Part shown: positions 9,268 through 19,487 of the stretch, in pieces
How positions within the stretch are numbered: the stretch's first letter is position 1
Layout: each line of letters begins with the position of its first letter
Source: Escherichia phage FL33
Sequence record: PP400788
Length of the DNA: 64,000 nt
Direction: 5' to 3' (one strand)
The notes under the pieces: model-generated
Database searches by the model: none
Seen by the model: only the letters and a program-made list of their open reading frames with translations
What the model was told of the DNA's origin: nothing
Translations under genes and position numbers: made by a program

Positions 9268-11445
9268 TTAGGCCGCAAGGGCCTTCATAGTTTTAGCGAT
9301 TTGGGAAACTTCATCATCACTTAAAGAGTTGCGATAACCGATGAAGTCGGAAACAATACGGAATTTCTTGGTAAACTCAGCAACCATTTTATCACTGTTT
9401 TTTGAAGCATTATTTGATAATACATCAAAAAGATTAGTTACTGTCCAGATGTCATGACCGATGGTATCTTTTCCACCGTTGAAATATACACCCTGTAATG
9501 AACTAACCATATTAGCGAGTCGTGTATATTCTTCAGAAACTTCATCTACACTGAAGTACTTCATCATAAAATCTAGTTCAGGATACTTAATAATTTTATC
9601 AATATATCGTTTAGCTGAACTTGAATAACCTACATACTTATCATAATCTACATCATCAAAAGCATCTACATATAAATCACGCAGAGTTTCAAAAATACAT
9701 TGGCACTGACCAAGTTCTTTTACCTTTTTCTGCAAAAGCGGACGAATAACATAAAATTCATTAATGCCAATAAGATTAGCCATACGAGTCAAAATACTCG
9801 TAGATGGATGACAAAGCGATGTAGTACCATCCATAGAGAAAATATCAGAACGATGCATGTATGCTACATAACCAGTAATTTCATCTGCTTCTGACGTAAG
9901 TGTAAACAGTTCCTCTTTTTCCCAGCGCCCGTCTTTAATTTCAAACTTAAATGCAGTAACAGCTTTAGGACGAGGAGCTTTACTTTTAACTGCCTTCGGA
10001 ATATAACTTTTAACTAAATCTTCAATTTCTGACAAATAATGAATGTTAACTTCATCACTTTCAAACATTGCCATAATATCAGGAAGCAAATCAATCTGCG
10101 ATTCTACTTCCGGATTAATAAACAGAAGACGCTCATTGTGATGAATATTTAAGGTGTTATTAAATTCATTATCATCTAACGCACGTGCTAATCCACGGAC
10201 AATATTAACACGATTTTTAATATTATCAATGACGATATTAATTTTTGTTGTGTTAATACCAAACAGACGATAACTTGATGCAACGGCTGAAGTTTCATGG
10301 CTTTGCTTAATGCGTTTCAGTCGAGGGTCAAGATTTACTTCATACACAACCCCTGCATTGCATAACTTACTGTCAGGCTCAAACATGCTCTGCATCTTCT
10401 TATATGACAGATTTTTAGTCGTGAATTTGACCGAATTACTAATCATATAATCTCGAGCAGAATATCCCATCTTCATCAATTCACGGTATGTATGACGAGG
10501 AGATGTAGATTCTTTAAATCGTTTTACATCTTCATTAAATGCCTTCTCACTAAGCTCTTTAACACGCTCAATAATATTTTTACGAGTACGATCATCTAGT
10601 GAAAGAGCCTCACGCGATGGAGCAATATCAAGTGAACCCATTGGAAACTTAATGTAATTCACTTCATTGCGAATGCTTAACCAGTTACGGTCTCTAATAA
10701 CGCCATCAATAGGATAAACAATACCACCATAGATAGCATATAATCCACCACGATCTGGCCAGTATCTTTCTGGATTTACACCATAATAATCATCAAAATC
10801 CGGAAAATAATCAATTTCACGGTCAAGACCGTTAATGATAGCTAAATCTTTGAATGGTCGCATGATATAAGAAACTTCATAAGCAAAGTTTTTAAAGTCT
10901 TTTTCTTCAACTGGAACTACGATTTCAATACCAGTTTTATCGTCTGGACCCATTTCCTTTACGAATGTAGGTTTAATCTGCGGACCGTCACCATCCATAT
11001 AAGCTACATAACCGCGAATTTCACCTTTATGGTACGAAGTAATACTAAACGTATCAGTATAACTAAACGGAGATTTAGAACCTAAACCAAATCCACCAAT
11101 GAAATCGTTAGATTCAGCCTTAGATGAACTAAAGTATGAATTATACAACCCAGGAGAATTATCATCACCTTGAATATCAAAATCACTCATACCTGGACCA
11201 AAGTCTCGACAAACAAATCGTGGGTCTAATCGTCCTGGAACTTGAATGATAAATTTTTCAGGATTTCCATTAAGAGCATGGGCATCAATCATGTTGGTAA
11301 TCAATTCACGGACTACTGCGCGAATCTTGTTTGTATACAAATCAGATGATAGAATTTTAAATACTTTAGGAGATGCTGTGATGCTAAATGCTTTTGATTT
11401 AGAACCATTACCAAGAATTGTTTCTTTTTCAGTGGTGATAATCAT
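9268..11445 (-). CDS. rIIA: rIIA protein
   Basis: 725 aa as T4 rIIA; ATPase-like N-terminal region; conserved synteny. Confidence 0.92.
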   Translation of the reverse strand: MIITTEKETILGNGSKSKAFSITASPKVFKILSSDLYTNKIRAVVRELITNMIDAHALNGNPEKFIIQVPGRLDPRFVCRDFGPGMSDFDIQGDDNSPGLYNSYFSSSKAESNDFIGGFGLGSKSPFSYTDTFSITSYHKGEIRGYVAYMDGDGPQIKPTFVKEMGPDDKTGIEIVVPVEEKDFKNFAYEVSYIMRPFKDLAIINGLDREIDYFPDFDDYYGVNPERYWPDRGGLYAIYGGIVYPIDGVIRDRNWLSIRNEVNYIKFPMGSLDIAPSREALSLDDRTRKNIIERVKELSEKAFNEDVKRFKESTSPRHTYRELMKMGYSARDYMISNSVKFTTKNLSYKKMQSMFEPDSKLCNAGVVYEVNLDPRLKRIKQSHETSAVASSYRLFGINTTKINIVIDNIKNRVNIVRGLARALDDNEFNNTLNIHHNERLLFINPEVESQIDLLPDIMAMFESDEVNIHYLSEIEDLVKSYIPKAVKSKAPRPKAVTAFKFEIKDGRWEKEELFTLTSEADEITGYVAYMHRSDIFSMDGTTSLCHPSTSILTRMANLIGINEFYVIRPLLQKKVKELGQCQCIFETLRDLYVDAFDDVDYDKYVGYSSSAKRYIDKIIKYPELDFMMKYFSVDEVSEEYTRLANMVSSLQGVYFNGGKDTIGHDIWTVTNLFDVLSNNASKNSDKMVAEFTKKFRIVSDFIGYRNSLSDDEVSQIAKTMKALAA

Positions 11446-11455
11446 AATTTCCTCA

Positions 11456-11659
11456 TTAATTCATATTGCGTTTAATAACTTCAGCAACTTCTAGTAGTTC
11501 ATCTTTAGTTGCGGTGTCGGATTGAATTTTATCTCTAATATCCTTAAAGCGGTTTTTAAACTCTTCGGCTTCTCCCATATCGAAAAAGCGTTGAATGATT
11601 CTATATTCTCGATGAACTGCTTTATCAAAAAGTTCTAAATTTACTCTATATGATTTCAT
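11456..11659 (-). CDS. rIIA.1-like small protein
   Basis: 67-aa ORF between gene 39 and rIIA, downstream of an early promoter. Confidence 0.6.
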   Translation of the reverse strand: MKSYRVNLELFDKAVHREYRIIQRFFDMGEAEEFKNRFKDIRDKIQSDTATKDELLEVAEVIKRNMN

Positions 11660-11684
11660 TTCAATATCCTCATTTGCCCAATTA

Positions 11685-11713
11685 ATTATACCACATCCTT
11701 GTGGTAAAGTAAA
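11685..11713 (-). promoter_or_regulatory. Early sigma70-type promoter
   Basis: GTTTACT-17bp-TATAAT on minus strand upstream of rIIA.1. Confidence 0.55.
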
Positions 11714-13534
11714 CTATTGGCTCATCCATTCTTTACGAAGGTCAGCATTATCTCCCATGAGCATTTCAAAAAGCTCTTTCCAGTTCTCAGGAAGTTTAAC
11801 AACATCATATACTGGGTTTTGAATCATCTCACGATATTCAGATTTTTCCAAAGAGCCAAGTCCCTTAATATAACGGATGCTATGTTTAGGTAGAGCATCT
11901 TTAGCACTCTCATATTCAGCGACTGTATAAAACCATTCTTGTTTTTTACCGACCTGAGCGATGATTACAGGAGTTTTGACAAAGCGAATTCTTCCTTGTT
12001 CAAACAGTTCTGGCCAATTACTAAAAAATCCGAGCAGAGAAGGATAAATGCTTCCTAGACCATCATGGTCAGCATCAGTCATAATAGCAATATTATGATA
12101 ATTCAAGTTTTCGGCTTTTTCACCAAGAACTAATCCAGTGATTGCGCAAATATCAAACAGCTCTTTGTTTTTAAGCATATCAGCATATGACATACCCCAG
12201 CTGTTAAGAACTTTACCACGCAATGGATAACCGCCATGAAGTTCTTTATCACGAACATCAATAAGATATCCGATAGCAGAATCACCCTCAGTCAAGAAAA
12301 GAGTAGTGTCAGCATCTTTACCGCAAAGATTCGCTTTAATATGTTTGTGAACCTTAGCTTTAGAGGCCTTTTTAGCTGCTTTAGTTTCTGCTGCTTTTTC
12401 TGCCGCCAATTTACGAGCTAATGCTGCTTCAACAATAGGCATAATCAAGGCTTCGTTTTTAAGAAGTGCCTGAGCAATTTTCTTAGCATCTAATTGGATA
12501 TGATTACGAATATCACCATACGTTGACGTTAAACGTTCTTTAGTCTGAGAATCAAAACGCATGTTGCTCATGTCTCTAATAAACATCAACATTGTGAGAC
12601 ATTCTTTAACACGAGCTTTAGTGACTTCAATACCCTTATATTTCTTTTTAATACCAGGCAAAAGATGTTCACAGATATCATCCATTACACATTCAACATG
12701 ATGACCACCATTTTTAGTATGGATGTTATTCACATAAGTTAAATGACGGAAGCCATCTGGTGATGTTGTGAATGCTATAGAGACTTTATCATTTTCTTGA
12801 ATGATGTTATCTTCGCCAAATTGTTTAGCAAATCGTTTAAAATTACCATCAACCTTTTTACCATTAAATGTGAACTTGATATCAGGATAAACGACTGCCA
12901 ATGTTTGAAGTCGGTCTAAAGTAATATCTAAATAAATTTGAGATAAATTATGCTCTTCAAATGAAGAGAAATCAGGAGTGAAGATTACTTTAGTGCCTTT
13001 ACCTTTAGATTTCTTAGAAGACCATGATTTGTTTTCCATTCCGTTTGAACAGTTAACAGTGATTTCGTTTTCGCCATCTGACGTGATGCCTGTAAACAAC
13101 GTAGAGAAGATATTAGTTAAACTACTCCCGACGCCGTTCATACCACCAGTCTTGCGTTCAGAGTCATCACCAAAGTTACCACCGGCCTTTGGAATAGTCC
13201 AGGCTGCTACAGGCCCAGGAATTTGTTCACCCGTTTGGTCGGTAACTAAACCTTGAGGAATACCACGTCCGTTATCTTCCACCGAAACTTGATTATTTTT
13301 AATTTGCACATCAATTTTATTTGCAAACTTAAATGATGTACGAATAGCTTCATCAACCGAGTTGTCAATAATCTCATCGATTAATTTAACCAGGCCAGGA
13401 ACATATTCAACTTGTTGATATTTACCAAACAAAAAACGCTCGTGGGCTTCTTTAGCCGAAGAACCAATATACATACCACTACGTTTCTTAATATGTTCTA
13501 CATCTGACAATACCTTAATTTCATTTTTAATCAT
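11714..13534 (-). CDS. 39: DNA topoisomerase II large subunit gp39 (single ORF including the gene-60-equivalent C-terminal region)
   Basis: 606-aa GyrB-like ATPase; C-terminus ..LMGDNADLRKEWMSQ; no interruption, no intervening endonuclease gene. Confidence 0.92.
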   Translation of the reverse strand: MIKNEIKVLSDVEHIKKRSGMYIGSSAKEAHERFLFGKYQQVEYVPGLVKLIDEIIDNSVDEAIRTSFKFANKIDVQIKNNQVSVEDNGRGIPQGLVTDQTGEQIPGPVAAWTIPKAGGNFGDDSERKTGGMNGVGSSLTNIFSTLFTGITSDGENEITVNCSNGMENKSWSSKKSKGKGTKVIFTPDFSSFEEHNLSQIYLDITLDRLQTLAVVYPDIKFTFNGKKVDGNFKRFAKQFGEDNIIQENDKVSIAFTTSPDGFRHLTYVNNIHTKNGGHHVECVMDDICEHLLPGIKKKYKGIEVTKARVKECLTMLMFIRDMSNMRFDSQTKERLTSTYGDIRNHIQLDAKKIAQALLKNEALIMPIVEAALARKLAAEKAAETKAAKKASKAKVHKHIKANLCGKDADTTLFLTEGDSAIGYLIDVRDKELHGGYPLRGKVLNSWGMSYADMLKNKELFDICAITGLVLGEKAENLNYHNIAIMTDADHDGLGSIYPSLLGFFSNWPELFEQGRIRFVKTPVIIAQVGKKQEWFYTVAEYESAKDALPKHSIRYIKGLGSLEKSEYREMIQNPVYDVVKLPENWKELFEMLMGDNADLRKEWMSQ

Positions 13535-13554
13535 GTTGTCTCCTCGTTATGAAG

Positions 13555-13583
13555 GTATTCTATCATCCTAAATCTAAAGCAAA
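13555..13583 (-). promoter_or_regulatory. MotA-box middle-promoter-like element upstream of gene 39
   Basis: Minus-strand TTTTTGCTTTA (MotA box) followed by TAGAAT -10-like hexamer. Confidence 0.4.
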
Positions 13584-13599
13584 AAGGGCCGAAGCCCTT
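13584..13599 (-). terminator. UUCG-loop hairpin (AAGGGC-UUCG-GCCCUU)
   Basis: Hairpin abutting stop codon of upstream gene; following U-tract coincides with the MotA box. Confidence 0.5.
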
Positions 13600-14020
13600 A
13601 TTTAAATTTAATTTTCTGAAGTGCATCAATTGCAGCCAAACGCCCTTGTTCACTTTTAACTGTAATGACCACATCGCCTGATACAATCACAGAACCATCA
13701 ACAAATTCTATAGAGCCTTTTTTGAAATCGACAGCTGTATCTGGTTCCGGAACTTCTTCAAAGAATTTAAATTCTGCACCATAAAGCAGAATATCACCTT
13801 GCATACTAATGATTGTACGTCCAGGTCCATCGGTTTCAGCGGCAATCATTGAAACACCATAACCAATCATCTCTTCTACAATAAAATCTCTTGATAATAA
13901 AACTGTATGCAGAGTAGTGTTAAGACGTTTACCAGTCGTATTAAGAATTCTCAAGAAATTATCTTCCTGTCCTTTGATAATACGATATTTCTTACCAACT
14001 TCAAAACCTTTAAAAGCCAT
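13598..14020 (-). CDS. Hypothetical protein (39.1-like)
   Basis: 140-aa ORF directly upstream of gene 39. Confidence 0.6.
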   Translation of the reverse strand: MAFKGFEVGKKYRIIKGQEDNFLRILNTTGKRLNTTLHTVLLSRDFIVEEMIGYGVSMIAAETDGPGRTIISMQGDILLYGAEFKFFEEVPEPDTAVDFKKGSIEFVDGSVIVSGDVVITVKSEQGRLAAIDALQKIKFK

Positions 14021-14022
14021 AA

Positions 14023-14202
14023 TTAACCCTTCTTAAGTAAGTCGTAAAATCCACCATTCACATGCTTAGGAGCAGAAGGCCGACGAGTAGACAAACGATG
14101 ACATTTAGGGCAAACATCATTTTCTCGTTCAGAAATCTTTTTAATTTTTTCATATTCATGCCCGCAATCTTCGGATTGGCATTTATAATCATACATTGGC
14201 AT
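14023..14202 (-). CDS. Small zinc-ribbon protein (FmdB-like CxxC...CxxC)
   Basis: 59-aa ORF MPMYDYKCQSEDCGHEYEKIKKISERENDVCPKCHRL..; below ORF-track cutoff. Confidence 0.55.
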   Translation of the reverse strand: MPMYDYKCQSEDCGHEYEKIKKISERENDVCPKCHRLSTRRPSAPKHVNGGFYDLLKKG

Positions 14203-14204
14203 AA

Positions 14205-14624
14205 TTATTCCTTAAAGTGCGCTTTCAGCATCTGATACAAGGACCATGCTTGTTCGTTATTTTCAATAGTAACTTTCATTACCGGGAATTCTGTGAAATC
14301 TTCTATTTGTTCTTGCTCTTCCTGCTCTTGTTCTTCAGCTGCCTGGTATGGATTTTCAACTTCATCAAAGAACCCAGCTTCACTTTTTGAAAGCCAAATA
14401 AAGTCTTCATCCAAAACATCTTTATCAGGAGATAGTACTAAATTTCCAGTAGATGACAAAATTTTAATAGGACGCCCAAGAGCGTCCACATCTAAAATTT
14501 TAAAAGGATACATACCTAAACGGCGCGCATAAATTCCGTTATTAATATGGTCTTTAATAAAATTTTCTTGAGCTTGTTTATTTTTAAATTGATACCATTT
14601 ATTAACTTCAAATCTAATAGCCAT
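14205..14624 (-). CDS. Hypothetical acidic protein
   Basis: 139-aa ORF with [10 protein letters not shown] acidic tract. Confidence 0.6.
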   Translation of the reverse strand: MAIRFEVNKWYQFKNKQAQENFIKDHINNGIYARRLGMYPFKILDVDALGRPIKILSSTGNLVLSPDKDVLDEDFIWLSKSEAGFFDEVENPYQAAEEQEQEEQEQIEDFTEFPVMKVTIENNEQAWSLYQMLKAHFKE

Positions 14625-14839
14625 TAATAAATTTCCTTCCAGTAAGTTGTGCCATCTTCAGTAATTTCACGAAATACGCCGTAAATTGGCTGTTTATCAC
14701 CAACCTTTTCATAAACATAAACCGAAGTCAAGTGAGTAAACTTAATGGTGTGTTCCTTTTGAACCACTACCAAATCTGGATCGAATAATACATCTTCAAA
14801 TTCGTCATTAGTGCATTTCTGAACAGTTTTACGTTTCAT
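14624..14839 (-). CDS. Hypothetical protein (71 aa)
   Basis: ORF with GAGG RBS. Confidence 0.5.
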   Translation of the reverse strand: MKRKTVQKCTNDEFEDVLFDPDLVVVQKEHTIKFTHLTSVYVYEKVGDKQPIYGVFREITEDGTTYWKEIY

Positions 14840-15110
14840 TACAATTTCCTCATTAATTGAACAGTGGAGCGATGCGTTTCAGAAGAGTAGCAGCACCTTT
14901 GGCAAATTTTCCATTTTATTCTCCAAGTTGTTTTCTGTATCAGTAGTTGATATTGATATAGTACCATAATCAACTACTGATGTATATAGTTTTATGAAAA
15001 AAATTTTAAACTTTATGCATAGAGAGCTTTGCTATAATGTTTAATCCAACTTTCAGGAATGACTTTGTATGTTCCTAAAAATACCACGTTATACAACTTA
15101 ACACCGTCTT

Positions 15111-15500
15111 CTACCCACTGATGGTAATGTATCCACACATAGCACGAGTATAAACAGCCTTTCCATCATCTGGGATGAATTTAAATTCACAAGGAGCAAT
15201 GAACTTAATAGATTGACCGAGTTTCCACTTAAAGTCTACACCTACATGCGAAGTATCAATCGTTTCAATTCCTTTAGCGGGAACAGCTTTCAAAAACGCA
15301 GATTCAAGAAATTTCGCACGAACATAGCCAAACTGAGGTTTAGACTTTCCATCTTTAGGAATGATACGCACTTTTACTTCAGAATCTTCATCTTTAACAC
15401 CATGCTTAAGCTGAATGCTTACAATTTCGACCAATTTTCCTGCTGCTTTAGAACGGGATTTATCAGATACACGAGCAATTTCACCAATATTAATAATCAT
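15111..15500 (-). CDS. Hypothetical protein
   Basis: 129-aa ORF downstream of early-promoter-like element. Confidence 0.55.
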   Translation of the reverse strand: MIINIGEIARVSDKSRSKAAGKLVEIVSIQLKHGVKDEDSEVKVRIIPKDGKSKPQFGYVRAKFLESAFLKAVPAKGIETIDTSHVGVDFKWKLGQSIKFIAPCEFKFIPDDGKAVYTRAMCGYITISG

Positions 15501-15576
15501 AGTTATCTCTCACTTGTTAAAAAGATTTTATACTCCACAGGACCATTATACTCTGGTCCCAAGAGTTTGTAAACTA

Positions 15577-16110
15577 TTAATTTAAAATAGCTACCACCGC
15601 ACTACGAGGTACTACGCTAAAATCACCTGCATGAACAACGTTCAGAAGTTCAACGCCATCTTCAATCCACTGGTCTGTTACCCAACCACAGACCGAAATA
15701 AATGGAGTCTTGATAGCTACCGCATGAGTTAGAAGGTCAGTAGGATCGCATTCTTGAAAGAGGATGAACTCTGCTTCATAAACCAGGTTTTTCTCTATTT
15801 TGTTATTGTCTAAACGACGACCGTGGACAATATAAGATTTAGTAAACCATTTACTTTTTTCAAAATCTTCAACAATAAATTCACCTTCGCCAAAAACATC
15901 AGTCAGAATTTTATGGCCGGAAATCAAGGCATTAGTTTTAATTTCAGGTTCAACCAATTTGTAGGTTTTGCCGATTTCAATAGCGGTAGTCATAGTAGTT
16001 TCCTTAATTTCCAGTGGTTTAACAGGGCATACATAAGTGCTTACAACATCAAAATCAATCAGTTTAGTTACCGGATTTGGTATGTATTCAGGATTATAAT
16101 TAAATTTCAT
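15577..16110 (-). CDS. Hypothetical protein (motB region)
   Basis: 177-aa ORF. Confidence 0.6.
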   Translation of the reverse strand: MKFNYNPEYIPNPVTKLIDFDVVSTYVCPVKPLEIKETTMTTAIEIGKTYKLVEPEIKTNALISGHKILTDVFGEGEFIVEDFEKSKWFTKSYIVHGRRLDNNKIEKNLVYEAEFILFQECDPTDLLTHAVAIKTPFISVCGWVTDQWIEDGVELLNVVHAGDFSVVPRSAVVAILN

Positions 16111-16112
16111 AA

Positions 16113-16610
16113 TTATCTCATTTCAATAAAATCTACGAGTTCAGCATGCGATTTGCGGAACATTACTTGATGCCCACCAATGATAACTTCATCTTCAGGA
16201 ACTTCGTATACAGCAAGATAAAATCCTTTAGAAGATAATTCTTCACGCTCTTCTCGTGTGAACCATCTCATCATATCATATTCACTAGCGAAAGCAAAAT
16301 GATAAAGAGCTATAAACCATCCTGGAATATGATATTCTACTCCAACATAATCTTTCTTGAACTTAGTATTAATTACTATATTAGCGTTTTTAACTAATAG
16401 TTTATCTTCGTGCGGTAAAGGAATTCTTTTATTATCGCTATGATGCATAAAATTAGGTCTGTCATAACCTACGTGTAATAGCCACTCTTCGCTCCATGAA
16501 TCTATTATACTCCTGTACGGCGTTATTTGAACACAAAGATTTCGACGTATTGTTATAGCATCTTCATAATCAAGAATACTAAACGATGATTCAACACGAT
16601 AAATTTTCAT
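16113..16610 (-). CDS. Hypothetical protein (motB region)
   Basis: 165-aa ORF downstream of early promoter-like element. Confidence 0.6.
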   Translation of the reverse strand: MKIYRVESSFSILDYEDAITIRRNLCVQITPYRSIIDSWSEEWLLHVGYDRPNFMHHSDNKRIPLPHEDKLLVKNANIVINTKFKKDYVGVEYHIPGWFIALYHFAFASEYDMMRWFTREEREELSSKGFYLAVYEVPEDEVIIGGHQVMFRKSHAELVDFIEMR

Positions 16611-16673
16611 TTTATTATCCTCAGTAGCTATGGTGTTATAATACCATAACTAACCGAGGAAGTAAACAACTTT

Positions 16674-17357
16674 TTATCGTTTAGTTGGAAGAGATAGAGG
16701 ATCGCATTCTTCCTCTGATGGAGCGTCTTCAAGACCCATAGCATATCGCAAAGCATACTTCATCATCAGGATGTCTTTCGCACAGTCATGAATAGAATCA
16801 TGTGCAACGAATCCATCTAAAGTTCCCTTTGGAAGAGGACACGTGGTCATATCACGAACAAGCAGAAGTGCTTCAATTCTGGTACGAATATCACGCTGAT
16901 TCCAGAATTTACATGGTTCTAATTTAAATGTGTCAAGTTCATTCTCAGAAACGCCATTAAGACGTTGAATATCGCGAATGAGATCGACTAAAATTGGAAA
17001 ATCAAACGACATTCCACGGCACCAGCCTTGAGATTTCCAAGGATCGATATTATGCGCATTGATATAATCATTAAATTTTGCAATACCATCGATAGTGCTT
17101 ACATCTTCATCTGATGGTGCAATATTTTTTCGAGCTTCAGGAGACTGATTTTTCCACCATTCGATAGTGCTTTTAGTAAAAAGACGATGTCCTTTTTGGC
17201 TTTTTAAATCAAATTTGATTTTAATGCCACGTGAAACTAATTCATCAAATGTTTCAACCACTTCTGGGTTAGGGTCAAAGGCAATAACAGCCAAATCAAT
17301 AACAGCTGCTTTTTCACCACTTCCCATTGTTTCAAAATCTATAATAAAATCAAACAT
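16674..17357 (-). CDS. dexA: Exonuclease A DexA (DnaQ-like 3'-5' exonuclease)
   Basis: 227 aa as T4 DexA; N-terminal DFETMG exonuclease motif. Confidence 0.85.
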   Translation of the reverse strand: MFDFIIDFETMGSGEKAAVIDLAVIAFDPNPEVVETFDELVSRGIKIKFDLKSQKGHRLFTKSTIEWWKNQSPEARKNIAPSDEDVSTIDGIAKFNDYINAHNIDPWKSQGWCRGMSFDFPILVDLIRDIQRLNGVSENELDTFKLEPCKFWNQRDIRTRIEALLLVRDMTTCPLPKGTLDGFVAHDSIHDCAKDILMMKYALRYAMGLEDAPSEEECDPLSLPTKR

Positions 17358-17632
17358 TAAATTTTCCTTGCTAAATCGCGAATTTGACCTATAGTATAGT
17401 CTTGAATATAAACTTTATTAATAGGTTCATCAATAAATTTTGCCATAGATTCAATATCTTTTTGCATCTCTTCAAGACTGTATATTATCTTTAAAGCTTT
17501 TTCGCGAATGGTAATATTTTCAGGACCAGAATTTTTCTCAATGACGGCTTTAACATTTGTCATAAGAGATTTAAACTGACGCCAACTTAATTCAATCATT
17601 AATAACCGCCTTATAAAGATGGCTAATTTCAC
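17357..17632 (-). CDS. Hypothetical protein (dexA-dda interval)
   Basis: 91-aa ORF. Confidence 0.5.
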   Translation of the reverse strand: MKLAIFIRRLLMIELSWRQFKSLMTNVKAVIEKNSGPENITIREKALKIIYSLEEMQKDIESMAKFIDEPINKVYIQDYTIGQIRDLARKI

Positions 17633-17852
17633 CTAAAATGTAATCACTGATTGTAACAGTTTTTACTTCACCACAAAAGAATTCTAACGCAATCAAATCT
17701 CGTTCAATTTCTTCTAGTTGAAGCATTAACTTGCCTGATTTAATTTTTACATTTGTACGATTTTTACTATAAGCTATTTCATAAATTTCGCTTACTTTAT
17801 CTTGAAGTAAATAAAACTGGTCTTTAGTTATTTCCACGAATAGCTTCCTCAA
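17592..17852 (-). CDS. Hypothetical protein (dexA-dda interval)
   Basis: 86-aa ORF. Confidence 0.5.
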   Translation of the reverse strand: MRKLFVEITKDQFYLLQDKVSEIYEIAYSKNRTNVKIKSGKLMLQLEEIERDLIALEFFCGEVKTVTISDYILGEISHLYKAVIND

Positions 17853-17858
17853 ATTTAA

Positions 17859-19178
17859 TCATACATAAAACACATCATAACGACCACGTGTTACACCAAC
17901 ATAAAGAAGCTGCTGAGCTAGTTCAGCATCTGCATAATGAATACAAGGCGTATAGATGAAAGCACGATCTACAGACATGCCCTGAGCTTTATGGAATGTT
18001 GACGCAGGAAGTGCTTTCACTTTACTAAACTGTGATTTAGCATCCCAAAAATCACTCCATGGAGCCTTTCCGCCTTTATTCCAATTTTTGTAAGTTTCTG
18101 CAGTTTTACCTAAAAATAAGTTAAACTTATACAGCTCTTCATCAGATGAAATTATTTTAATCTTTTCACGATAATATTCATCATCGCCGTAAGTTTCTAC
18201 TGTTAAATCCCAATAACGAATTAGATATTCTCCAGGAACACCACGAGCTTTAACAAATGTTGATGTATACTCTGCTTCTATAATACGAACTAATTGTCCG
18301 TTATTAAAAATAATTTCTGACACAGGCTTTCCATCAATTTTATATGTTTTAATTAACGGTTCCTGCATTACAATAATTTCACCGACAATAAAATCTTTAT
18401 CAGTTTCAAAAATCTTTTTACGAATAATGCTATTTAACTTATCAACAGATTTATTCGTAAATGCCATTACACGATTTTCAAACAAATCATCTAGCGATTT
18501 GACGATTGAAAAATAATTTACCATAAAATCGCGTAAAGCGGTATCACCGGTAAATCCACGTACTCCATGCCCATCAATAATTTTATCATAAATCCACTTA
18601 CCGTTACGAACATCAGTAGCTACATCAATAATAGGAGCATTACTGCGTTTAACTTCAGTGAGTTCACACTGATAAAAATCTTTGTGTGTAAAGAATGGAC
18701 TGATATAAGCAGTGTTTTCTCCTGGGTCAACAGGTCTAATTTGCTTATTATCGCCTATTCCAATTATAGTACACCAAGGTGGAATAGTTGAAAGCAGAAT
18801 TTTAAATAGCTTTCTATCATACATTGATACTTCGTCGCAGATTAATACTCTGCATTTAGCTAAATCCGGTACTTCTTTTTGTTCAAAAAGAACGTTTTCT
18901 TCGTATGTTACTGGGTTAATTTTAAGAATACTGTGAATAGTACTCGCTTCTTTCCCTGATAGTTTTGAAAGAATCTTTTTAGCTGCATGAGTAGGAGCTG
19001 CTAAAATAATGCCAGTTTCGCCCGTAGATATTAAGGCTTCAATGATGAACTTAGTAAGAGTAGTCTTACCGGTACCAGCAGGTCCATTAATAGTTACATG
19101 ATGTTTCTTTTCTTTGATAGCCCTCATAACGATGTTAAAGGCATTTTTCTGGCCTTCTGTCAAATCATCAAATGTCAT
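17859..19178 (-). CDS. dda: DNA helicase Dda (SF1B)
   Basis: 439 aa; MTFDDLTEGQKNAFNIVM..GPAGTGKTT Walker A; near-identical to remembered T4 Dda. Confidence 0.95.
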   Translation of the reverse strand: MTFDDLTEGQKNAFNIVMRAIKEKKHHVTINGPAGTGKTTLTKFIIEALISTGETGIILAAPTHAAKKILSKLSGKEASTIHSILKINPVTYEENVLFEQKEVPDLAKCRVLICDEVSMYDRKLFKILLSTIPPWCTIIGIGDNKQIRPVDPGENTAYISPFFTHKDFYQCELTEVKRSNAPIIDVATDVRNGKWIYDKIIDGHGVRGFTGDTALRDFMVNYFSIVKSLDDLFENRVMAFTNKSVDKLNSIIRKKIFETDKDFIVGEIIVMQEPLIKTYKIDGKPVSEIIFNNGQLVRIIEAEYTSTFVKARGVPGEYLIRYWDLTVETYGDDEYYREKIKIISSDEELYKFNLFLGKTAETYKNWNKGGKAPWSDFWDAKSQFSKVKALPASTFHKAQGMSVDRAFIYTPCIHYADAELAQQLLYVGVTRGRYDVFYV

Positions 19179-19486
19179 CGTAAATTCCCTGCAATTGGTA
19201 TACTAACAATACGCCCAGTATCTAAAATTCGCCGATATAATCTTTGTGTGTCTACATCAGGCTTAACGTGTTTAACTTCTATTTTATTAAACCAAAACTT
19301 ACGTGGAGTCTCAACTAATCTCGGAATTCCCATACCTAAAGCTAGTTGATACTGCTCTTTAAGAGTTGTAAATACTTTATCAGCAATCTCCCTTTCAAAA
19401 AATACAGCAGGGCGATGTTCATCAAGAGGAACAGGCACCGCAAATCCATCTTTATCTCTATACACTATCGCGTATACATAAAACAT
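19175..19486 (-). CDS. Hypothetical protein (dda.1-like)
   Basis: 103-aa ORF overlapping dda start by 4 nt. Confidence 0.55.
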   Translation of the reverse strand: MFYVYAIVYRDKDGFAVPVPLDEHRPAVFFEREIADKVFTTLKEQYQLALGMGIPRLVETPRKFWFNKIEVKHVKPDVDTQRLYRRILDTGRIVSIPIAGNLR

Positions 19487-19487
19487 A

